A stretch of 64,000 nucleotides of DNA, from positions 58,085-122,084 of IMG/VR virus record IMGVR_UViG_3300032116_000040. One strand, written 5' to 3'. The notes beneath the pieces were generated by a model. It was given only the letters and a program-made list of their open reading frames with translations, ran no database searches and was not told the DNA's origin. Origin of the DNA: a virus. Its lineage: Duplodnaviria > Heunggongvirae > Uroviricota > Caudoviricetes. Position numbers and translations under genes: made by a program. Of the stretch, positions 57,003 to 64,000 are shown piece after piece; position 1 is the stretch's first letter; the number at the start of each line of letters is the position of its first letter.

Positions 57003-57497
57003 ATGAAAACGTTTAAGGAGCTTATATCTCAGGAGTATTGGAACTGGATGCCGGGCGAGGACTTTATCCGATCGAATGATCCTCGACAGATCGAGGGATT
57101 TATCCGTGATTACCTAGTCGATGAAGGAGACTGGGTAAAGGTTGAACGCGAGCCACACCCGATTGGTGAACGGGTCAGGATATGGTGGGGAGACACAGTC
57201 GGTCGCAAAACCTGCCATGCAGTAGTAATACCAAATAATCCAGGCAAGCTCTTGGACGAGGAACGTGCTATTCTTACTAAGTGGGATGACTTACGAGAAG
57301 TCGTCATCTACTACATTGGAGGCGGACTGCTTGAACACTGGTACGAGGATCGAGGAGAATATTGGGAGGAGGACATGCTCGAACAGCAGATAACGGAGAC
57401 GTTTTCGGCGGCAGAATTCAAGCTCATGGTATGGGAAGCCGATCGTGAGATGGCGGTTGCTCGTCTAAGAAATAAGTTAATGGATAACTCAAACTAA
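57003..57497 (+). CDS. hypothetical protein (164 aa), noticeably higher GC than its surroundings
   Basis: ORF track. Confidence 0.45.
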   Translation: MKTFKELISQEYWNWMPGEDFIRSNDPRQIEGFIRDYLVDEGDWVKVEREPHPIGERVRIWWGDTVGRKTCHAVVIPNNPGKLLDEERAILTKWDDLREVVIYYIGGGLLEHWYEDRGEYWEEDMLEQQITETFSAAEFKLMVWEADREMAVARLRNKLMDNSN

Positions 57498-57513
57498 CTT
57501 TTAAATCAGAAAT

Positions 57514-57705
57514 ATGAAAAAAGAAGAACTTGAAGAGGCTGCGGCAAATCTAGCAGATCCTAACCTATGCAAAACGGACAATTGGCTGGCTGGAGCCAAG
57601 TGGTATGCTGAGAACACGGATAAGATATACAGCGAAGAAGACCTTCAAAAGTTAAAAGACTTTGATACTTGGAAAGAATGGAAACATACTGGCATAATAG
57701 AATAG
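57514..57705 (+). CDS. hypothetical protein (63 aa)
   Basis: ORF track. Confidence 0.35.
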   Translation: MKKEELEEAAANLADPNLCKTDNWLAGAKWYAENTDKIYSEEDLQKLKDFDTWKEWKHTGIIE

Positions 57706-57797
57706 AAAGTGGCGAACAAGGATGGGATTTATTGGTACTTTGCATTGACTCTACGGTTGACCGCATTATTAACCATCGCTAAAAATTAAGAAGCAAT

Positions 57798-58163
57798 ATG
57801 AATAATGAAAAGATAATTGAGTACATTGAGAAAAACCCTCAGATTCTACCCGGTAAGACTCGAGCTCAAACTTATGCAAGATACTATCTATTTAGCTTAT
57901 TACGCGAGTCCGGTCTGACCTATGTTCAAATAGGTGATATCTTAAATAAGAACCACTCAACTGTGATCCACGGCATACGGCTACACGATATCTTTGAACA
58001 GGCAGGCGATCGCATCTATCTTGACAATATTAATCATTTACGTATCCTATTTAAGGAGCCACTCAGCGAACTGAATCTAGAACAGGATATCTTAAACTGT
58101 ACTAACTTACGGAGCCTTGGAATAATCAAAGCTAGAATACGGGCTGGCTCATATAGTAGATAA
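57798..58163 (+). CDS. DnaA domain IV-like helix-turn-helix DNA-binding protein
   Basis: LTYVQIGDILNKNHSTVIHGIRLHD resembles the DnaA C-terminal signature (IAKEFGKRDHTTVLHACRKIE). Confidence 0.45.
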   Translation: MNNEKIIEYIEKNPQILPGKTRAQTYARYYLFSLLRESGLTYVQIGDILNKNHSTVIHGIRLHDIFEQAGDRIYLDNINHLRILFKEPLSELNLEQDILNCTNLRSLGIIKARIRAGSYSR

Positions 58164-58224
58164 CCCGAGTCACTCAAGGCAGGTACGGTATTTGCTCGAT
58201 AAATAAGTAAAAACCGTCTGCTCC

Positions 58225-58746
58225 ATGTTCAAGTACCTAGCCGAAATCCTAAATAGCTTTTCACCTGCACAACGAATCCTTGCACTCCTCATCCTGGTCT
58301 CTACGATCACCATTATCACGCTGGGCCCGACCCTAATTAAGGAGAACACCAAGGACTGTGCTGAGCTTGAACTTAGACTGGCTAGCCAGTCTCGTCAGAT
58401 CAAGGAGCTTACTTCTAGGATTGAGACGCTAAATGGTGAACTTATTGCAGGTCAACAGTTGTGCACAAATAACCTGATTCAAAAACAACAGCAGATCATG
58501 GGTCTAATCGATGGCATGATCCAAGAGACCCAGACCGGAGCAAAGTCGGTCGCTCGTCCCACAAAGGTAAATGACAAGCATACTAACGAAAAACAGGATC
58601 CAAACGAACCTGTCATGATGATGACGGTCAGACCGGATGCAGAACCCGACAATCGTAAAGCAGTCGAGTCCTATCAGGAGACGCTTAAAAAACTTAAATC
58701 TCTTAAGACCCAGGTAAACAAGACTCTTTCTCCTAATTTGCCGTAG
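58225..58746 (+). CDS. membrane-anchored coiled-coil protein (173 aa)
   Basis: TM ILALLILVSTITIITLGP followed by a coiled coil. Confidence 0.45.
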   Translation: MFKYLAEILNSFSPAQRILALLILVSTITIITLGPTLIKENTKDCAELELRLASQSRQIKELTSRIETLNGELIAGQQLCTNNLIQKQQQIMGLIDGMIQETQTGAKSVARPTKVNDKHTNEKQDPNEPVMMMTVRPDAEPDNRKAVESYQETLKKLKSLKTQVNKTLSPNLP

Positions 58747-58829
58747 GCATTTTCTTTCTATCAAGTTTTAAAAGAGTTCTGAAATATAGTATCATTTACT
58801 CTATAAAGAAATTAACCTTTAAAAACAGG

Positions 58830-59177
58830 ATGGAAGACCTATTTAAAATCGAACCACAAGAGCCATATAGGATGAGCCAAAAAGAGTTTGTAGAGAAAAC
58901 AAAATCTGTTTTGGAAAAAATATACAATGCGTATTCACAAGGATGGCAAAGTAGAGTTTTAACAGATGATGAATACCCAGAAGAAAACGTATGTGATAAA
59001 TGTACAGGCTGTGGTATTTTCTTGGAAAACGGAGAAGAAAGAGATTGTGTTCAAGATAGAGAACAAGGAGACTGTTTTCACAGATTTTGTGATTACGAAC
59101 AAGTAGGCATGGACTTGGAAAATTATCTTGAAGATGTATGCGATCTACTTTCAGTGGATGAAGTCTTAAATAATTAA
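58830..59177 (+). CDS. acidic Cys-rich hypothetical protein (115 aa)
   Basis: ORF track. Confidence 0.4.
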   Translation: MEDLFKIEPQEPYRMSQKEFVEKTKSVLEKIYNAYSQGWQSRVLTDDEYPEENVCDKCTGCGIFLENGEERDCVQDREQGDCFHRFCDYEQVGMDLENYLEDVCDLLSVDEVLNN

Positions 59178-59188
59178 ATCAGAATAGA

Positions 59189-59617
59189 ATGGAAAAAGAA
59201 TTTATACCTTATGAGCTGGCTTTAAGAATGAAAGGACTTGTGTTTGATGAAAGATGCTTTAGGTATGAGGCAGTTAAAAAGATTTGTGAAAATCAGGCAC
59301 AGCCTGGAGGATGTCAATTACCTAATGTACATTGCGCATATCCTGGTTGTACTATTGATCGCAGCGTTGAGTCGTTACCTATCCCTGTTTGGCAACAAGC
59401 GTTTAGGTGGTTTAGAGAGAAGAATTTTCACGTTAATATAGATTCATATCACAGCTTAAGTAAGAATAAGCCTTTTGGATTATCGATTGATTATTTACAC
59501 GAATCTGGAAAATTGGATTATGTTGATTACAGAGATGATGAGGATTTTGAAACCTATGAAGAGGCACAAAAAAGAGCAATTGAAATTATTATTGAACTTT
59601 TAGAACGAAAGAAATAG
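59189..59617 (+). CDS. hypothetical protein, tandem paralog A
   Basis: Shares (F/V)xYELAxx(K/M)xLxF...(Q/S)QAFRWFR(E/D) with 59622..60041. Confidence 0.45.
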   Translation: MEKEFIPYELALRMKGLVFDERCFRYEAVKKICENQAQPGGCQLPNVHCAYPGCTIDRSVESLPIPVWQQAFRWFREKNFHVNIDSYHSLSKNKPFGLSIDYLHESGKLDYVDYRDDEDFETYEEAQKRAIEIIIELLERKK

Positions 59618-59621
59618 AACA

Positions 59622-60041
59622 ATGAAAGATTTTGTATCATATGAATTAGCAGTCAAGCTTAAAACATTAGGATTCAATTTGCCATGTTACATGTACATCT
59701 ATACAGGAGATACTGGTAATAATTATGATCATTACTTGGAAGTAAAACCTAGTGATTCAAAGGATTGGAATGGTAAGTCTGACTTATGTGTTTCCCGTCC
59801 AACCTTCTCACAAGCATTTAGATGGTTTAGAGATAACTACAACTTATTCTGCGAAATAAACGTAGATAAGACAATGGAACCTAAGTTTGCTTTTACCATA
59901 AAAGAGTATGAGTCAGATCAGTTCCTTGAGGGATTTGGAGAAGACGTCTTGTCTGAGTATTTGTATTATAAGCATGAAGAAGCAGAACTTGCTTGTCTCC
60001 AAAAACTCGTTGAGATTGTCGAAGAAAATAAATTAGCATAA
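59622..60041 (+). CDS. hypothetical protein, tandem paralog B
   Basis: See paralog A. Confidence 0.45.
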   Translation: MKDFVSYELAVKLKTLGFNLPCYMYIYTGDTGNNYDHYLEVKPSDSKDWNGKSDLCVSRPTFSQAFRWFRDNYNLFCEINVDKTMEPKFAFTIKEYESDQFLEGFGEDVLSEYLYYKHEEAELACLQKLVEIVEENKLA

Positions 60042-60095
60042 GTTTTTTCTTAATCGAAAAATTAGTAATATTTACTTATAACTCAAAAAAGAAAT

Positions 60096-60341
60096 ATGAA
60101 AATCTTTAAATTAGTAATTGAATCAAGGTATGGTGTAGTGGGCGGAGATGAAATGCGAGACATCGTCTTAATATTTCCGGAATCAGAAGCATCGTTTACT
60201 CGACGTAAACACTACGATGAATACTATTTTAACTCTAGTGGCTGTAATGTTGAGGTCACTATGGATAAAATAGTTAGGATAACGAACGATGCATGTCTGG
60301 GTGTTGAATTTGGAAGAGATGAAATTATAATTAAGTGGTAA
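60096..60341 (+). CDS. hypothetical protein (81 aa)
   Basis: ORF track. Confidence 0.4.
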   Translation: MKIFKLVIESRYGVVGGDEMRDIVLIFPESEASFTRRKHYDEYYFNSSGCNVEVTMDKIVRITNDACLGVEFGRDEIIIKW

Positions 60342-60437
60342 TGCTTCAGTCTAAGTTTTTCACGAGAGATCTTTACATTTACTTATAATTAAAAACCTAA
60401 ACCCATGAAAAATCATCATTAATAAAAACAAATAAAA

Positions 60438-61274
60438 ATGACCGATCAATTAGGCGACAGAATGAAGGACTTTTACGAAGACCGAACACGTTACAAGTTG
60501 GCACGTCGCACCAACACAATCATCCGCATCGACGGAAAAGCTTTCCATACTTATACTCGAGGACTTAAGCGTCCATTCGATGAAGGGTTAATGGAAGACA
60601 TGAACAAGACAACTGAGTACCTATGTCAGAATATCCAAGGTGCAAAATTTGGATACGTTCAATCAGATGAGATTTCAATTCTCATCACTGATTACGATGA
60701 CATTTCTACACATGCTTGGTTTGATGGTAACTTGCAGAAAATGGCAAGTATCGCTGCTTCATTGGCAACTGCAAAGTTTAACCAACTAAGAACACTAAGA
60801 AGAATGGAAGAACTTCATGATTACGAAATCATGAGCGTAGTGGAAGAAACTAAACTTGCAATGTTCGATGCTCGAGTATTTCAAATTCCTTACCAAGAGG
60901 AAGTGATTAATTACTTTATTTGGAGACAACAAGATGCTACAAGAAATTCTATTTCTTCTGTTGCTCAAGCTTACTTCTCCTCAAAGGAATTACATGGAAA
61001 GAAAACCAATGAAATGCAAGACATGCTGATGTTGGAAAAAGGAATCAATTGGAATGATTTTACCCCAAGAGAAAAACGAGGATCTCTTATCCGTAAAGTA
61101 GAAAAGACTTATGTGAAATTACAATCTGGACAAACAGTTCAAGTAAATCCTTCCCAAGTAGATCCTAGATTAAACGAAACATTCTCAAGAAACAAATGGG
61201 AAGCTGATAAAGAAACCCCAATCTTTTCGCAAGATAAATGTTATCTTCGTGAGTTAATGCCAAACCACAATTAG
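60438..61274 (+). CDS. Thg1-like protein (tRNA-His guanylyltransferase family 3'-5' nucleotidyltransferase)
   Basis: TIIRIDGKAFHTY, FGYVQSDEISILI and NLQKMASIAASLATAKF align with the Thg1 blocks VVVRLDGRNFHRF, IAYGQSDEYSFVF and FKRRASKFMTHVASQFAS. Confidence 0.65.
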   Translation: MTDQLGDRMKDFYEDRTRYKLARRTNTIIRIDGKAFHTYTRGLKRPFDEGLMEDMNKTTEYLCQNIQGAKFGYVQSDEISILITDYDDISTHAWFDGNLQKMASIAASLATAKFNQLRTLRRMEELHDYEIMSVVEETKLAMFDARVFQIPYQEEVINYFIWRQQDATRNSISSVAQAYFSSKELHGKKTNEMQDMLMLEKGINWNDFTPREKRGSLIRKVEKTYVKLQSGQTVQVNPSQVDPRLNETFSRNKWEADKETPIFSQDKCYLRELMPNHN

Positions 61275-61340
61275 AATGGACCTAGAAGACCTATTTAAAC
61301 CCGACCCGGAGTAGACTGGATATAGACCAGTACGGCCCAT

Positions 61341-61949
61341 TTAACCGATCTGCTCAAATCGAAGAGGATCGATATTACCCGACCCCACATCAGTGATCAG
61401 TCCAGGCACACCATCACCGTCTACATCGGAATAGATTGCACCGTATCCAATGGTCCCGTCAGGGGAATCTCCACCATTGGGTAGGCTAGACTGGGAAGTC
61501 AATTGTGTCATCAGCTGCCAGGTAATTATACGAGTACCGTTCGCCAGGTCAAGATACACCTCGTCATGGGATCCCTTAAGCTCGGTGTTAACGGCCAACG
61601 AATAGCTCGTGTTGTTGACTGGCTGCGAAATACTTGTCCGGTACCACACGTCATAATAGAACAGGTCAAGGTCGACTAGGTTCGCGAAAACATAACGATT
61701 GCCCACCTTAGTATACTCAACATTGGTGAGCTCAAGAGCCTCTGCTAGGTCAGATTTTGGATAGAGCCATGCAGTATCGGTAGCAGTCTTCCAATAAGGA
61801 ACCTGTAACCTCGATCCGCCTACACCACCGATACTGGCCATCGCACTAGAAGCACGGACTGCCTGTTCAAATAAAGCCTGTTCCTCCTCAAATCTCTTAC
61901 GTAGCCTAAGCTGTTCTGGGCTCTCTCCGCCCCAATTAATAAATGACAT
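61341..61949 (-). CDS. fibre-family protein (about 202 aa) with the shared N-terminal module MSFINWGGESPEQ
   Basis: True start taken at the internal ATG at about 61947-61949. The track's 61988 start would place AAATAAATAACTTAAAAAG inside the coding sequence. Confidence 0.5.
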   Translation of the reverse strand: MSFINWGGESPEQLRLRKRFEEEQALFEQAVRASSAMASIGGVGGSRLQVPYWKTATDTAWLYPKSDLAEALELTNVEYTKVGNRYVFANLVDLDLFYYDVWYRTSISQPVNNTSYSLAVNTELKGSHDEVYLDLANGTRIITWQLMTQLTSQSSLPNGGDSPDGTIGYGAIYSDVDGDGVPGLITDVGSGNIDPLRFEQIG

Positions 61950-61992
61950 CTCTTCTCTTTTTAAGTTATTTATTTTAAAGGATCCCATCTAA

Positions 61993-62005
61993 TTAGTATA
62001 ATATA
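61993..62005 (+). promoter_or_regulatory. TTAGTATAATATA -10-like box in a bidirectional intergenic region
   Basis: Motif family. Also AAATAAATAAATAAAAAAAATAG directly before the ATG at 62060. Confidence 0.35.
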
Positions 62006-62059
62006 ACTAACCATCTACTACGGAGGTCGGTTCGGCAAATAAATAAATAAAAAAAATAG

Positions 62060-62635
62060 ATGCTTACTATGATTAAAGGATTTCAGGCATGGATAAATGA
62101 AAATGAAGAGACTCCTGGTCGGGAAACCACTGACGACATACAGAGACTATTTGACTTGGGAATGATTGACCGAACCGATTTTGCAAGGTCAAAAAAGAGA
62201 GTCGACCCTGCAGGATGGGTGGCTCGTCTACTACAGGAGCTAGAAGATCGACACCTGGCCGAACCCAATATCTGGGGAAAACCCGTACTTAGACCAACTC
62301 CTTACAATACACTTGAGTTTACCCTTAGTTCAGACATGGTAAACCTGCCAGAACAACACTATAATAATTATCAATACTTCCTGCTCTGGACAGAACCAGT
62401 CACAGTAGTAATCTACCTAGGCGGAGACTCCTATCTTGAACTAAGAGCAAGCTATGCTAACGACGACTTTGAAGAAGAGTATGGTAATGAAGAGGACCAG
62501 TACGATGCAACTTGGACATATTACGGCCAAACAGTAATACACACAGTAGACGATATCCTTACTATCATTAGCGAGTTTAACGATGAGGTAGACTCATACA
62601 CTATTGAAGACTCTCCAAACTGGAGTCACGACTAG
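62060..62635 (+). CDS. acidic hypothetical protein with capsid-targeting-sequence-like N-terminus (MIKGFQAWINENEE)
   Basis: ORF track. Start may be at MIKG, 9 nt downstream. Confidence 0.45.
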   Translation: MLTMIKGFQAWINENEETPGRETTDDIQRLFDLGMIDRTDFARSKKRVDPAGWVARLLQELEDRHLAEPNIWGKPVLRPTPYNTLEFTLSSDMVNLPEQHYNNYQYFLLWTEPVTVVIYLGGDSYLELRASYANDDFEEEYGNEEDQYDATWTYYGQTVIHTVDDILTIISEFNDEVDSYTIEDSPNWSHD

Positions 62636-62726
62636 TCCAACACTGGGCTAGTCTCCCGACTCCTGTAAGATCCAATATGCTTTTATCTTTTTAAAGTAGA
62701 ACACCCATTTAGTATAATAGCACTAT

Positions 62727-62957
62727 ATGAAACGCTACACCGTAATCCTTAAACTCTGCGCAAAGCGCTCGCCTTGGCCCTACATTGGAGTCGACGACCA
62801 CGAGTTTGAGTTTGAACACGACATCCGACTCATACTTATCGGAGAACCCAAATACTATGTCGACTCCAAGAAACAGGTCAAGTTTAGAGTAGAAGGCGGC
62901 ACTCGAGAATACTTTACTGAACTAGGCAACTTTCTCCAAAACACGGAACCCATATAA
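62727..62957 (+). CDS. hypothetical protein (76 aa)
   Basis: TTTAGTATAATAG lies 8 nt upstream. Confidence 0.4.
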   Translation: MKRYTVILKLCAKRSPWPYIGVDDHEFEFEHDIRLILIGEPKYYVDSKKQVKFRVEGGTREYFTELGNFLQNTEPI

Positions 62958-62985
62958 CTAACTACACAGAACAGGTACTCCTCAA

Positions 62986-63639
62986 CTAGACCAGTTTACT
63001 AACGCTGTTGTCACTACGGAGTCCAGTCTCATCCCGTTCCAAGTATCCTAAAAAACCATCAAGGTCCCTTAGCGAACCCATAGGTATTAGGGATTCTGGA
63101 TTGACTATTATGATCTCATAACGACCGTCGTCCGGCACGATCGCATCGTAACCAAGCTCCCTAGACCTGTCCCCAATCCAGGAGAACCACTGTAACCGAA
63201 AGTCCGTCTCCAATGTGGGATCGAACTTAAAACCCTCCTTGATCTCTGGAGCATTGCTAAAGTTATAATCAGTGAGGAGAAAGTTGAGACCCTTTGGGAC
63301 CAGGATAAAGAAATTAAGCTTGTCCTCGGATATCTCCAGTTTCGGAGAAACAAAGAAAGCGTCTGCGCTGTTGAAATTTTCCTGGCCTCTCTTAGTGGGC
63401 GTGGATATGGAAGCACGCAATATCTCGTCTGACCGAGAATAATGATGAGTCACGAAATAATCTGCATAGGCATGTTCTACCCAACCCCGATAGTCTTCGA
63501 GGCTGCCTACTTTACCGATCGAACGGTCTTGCCAGACCCAGTCAATCACCCAATCGGGAATTCCACGATCTAACGCTTCTTCAAACGAGTTCGGCTCTTT
63601 ACTGGATTCCGCAATGAACTGAACAAATGATTTTAACAT
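62986..63639 (-). CDS. hypothetical protein with capsid-targeting-sequence-like N-terminus (MLKSFVQFIAESSKE)
   Basis: ORF track. AAATAAATAACTAGAAAAAAG motif upstream. Confidence 0.5.
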   Translation of the reverse strand: MLKSFVQFIAESSKEPNSFEEALDRGIPDWVIDWVWQDRSIGKVGSLEDYRGWVEHAYADYFVTHHYSRSDEILRASISTPTKRGQENFNSADAFFVSPKLEISEDKLNFFILVPKGLNFLLTDYNFSNAPEIKEGFKFDPTLETDFRLQWFSWIGDRSRELGYDAIVPDDGRYEIIIVNPESLIPMGSLRDLDGFLGYLERDETGLRSDNSVSKLV

Positions 63640-63682
63640 GGGCCTCTTTTTTCTAGTTATTTATTTACTACGGAGTCCAGCA

Positions 63683-63973
63683 CTAATTGGCTCCGCCTCG
63701 CTGTAATCTAAACCAGTTCCTAAAACCAATAGGCGTCAGGGTAGTCAAGTCTTCTCCACGGTCACCTGACCAGTCTACAAAGTCGATAAGATCTACGATA
63801 TTCGCGCCGATCTCTATAAGACCACCTTCGCCTATTTCATCAACTAATTTCCGCACAGTCGCATTTTCCAAATCATCTAAAGAATCAGCATCCTCAAACG
63901 GCCATTCCCAAGTAATAAGATCAAATACAGTATCGTCAATTACCCAACTACTATCAACCTGTCCATCTATCAT
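63683..63973 (-). CDS. acidic hypothetical protein (96 aa)
   Basis: Preferred over the fully overlapping plus-strand ORF because it continues the minus-strand block. Low certainty. Confidence 0.35.
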   Translation of the reverse strand: MIDGQVDSSWVIDDTVFDLITWEWPFEDADSLDDLENATVRKLVDEIGEGGLIEIGANIVDLIDFVDWSGDRGEDLTTLTPIGFRNWFRLQRGGAN

Positions 63974-64000
63974 TTGAGAATAGACCTCTATCTCTACCTC

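Noticed and set aside
63687-63977. Plus-strand 96-aa ORF that mirrors the minus-strand ORF 63683..63973
   Set aside because: Only one of the two can be real. The minus-strand version continues the local minus-strand block and is acidic like its neighbours. The plus version is Ser/Pro-rich low complexity. Both are uncertain.
1-64000. CRISPR arrays, rRNA, integrase or transposase genes
   Set aside because: I found no regularly spaced direct repeats, no rRNA-like segments and no recombinase or transposase motifs by eye. The only tandem repeat is the 14-nt promoter-motif triplication at 50737..50776.

Overview
The window looks like part of a low-GC (roughly 35-40%), mosaic T4-like phage genome. 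I call it T4-like from direct motif matches to T4 proteins: a UvsW-like SF2 helicase (LATSAGKT / DEVH / QAIGRGMRK), a PhoH-like ATPase, the C-terminal half of a family B gp43-type DNA polymerase (KILINSIYG / YTDTDS) with no N-terminal exonuclease half nearby, a gp61-type zinc-ribbon/Toprim primase, a gp20-like portal and a gp25/GpW baseplate protein. Accessory content:
- A split Pnk-like kinase/phosphatase pair with a ligase-like gene running off the left edge.
- A Thg1-like 3'-5' nucleotidyltransferase.
- A Prs-like / Rcl-like / NAMPT-like cassette flanked by about 100-nt direct repeats.
- A tight minus-strand operon of a class III nucleotidyl cyclase, a patatin phospholipase and a 108-aa protein. 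This is my best candidate for an undescribed signalling-effector module.
- Three fibre-like proteins that share an N-terminal module.
- A papain-like peptidase, an SLT transglycosylase, an SPFH protein and a DnaA-domain-IV HTH protein.

Two patterns recur across the window. About 15-20 proteins begin with an N-terminal motif (K-x-F-N-x-F-I-N-E) that resembles the T4 internal-protein capsid-targeting sequence. Two upstream DNA motifs recur: a late-promoter-like ATAAATAA box 16-20 nt from start codons (several of them TTG or GTG), and a TAGTATAAT -10-like box.

I recognised no tRNA, rRNA or CRISPR. My coordinates come from the ORF track where possible; hand-derived coordinates may be off by 1-2 nt.
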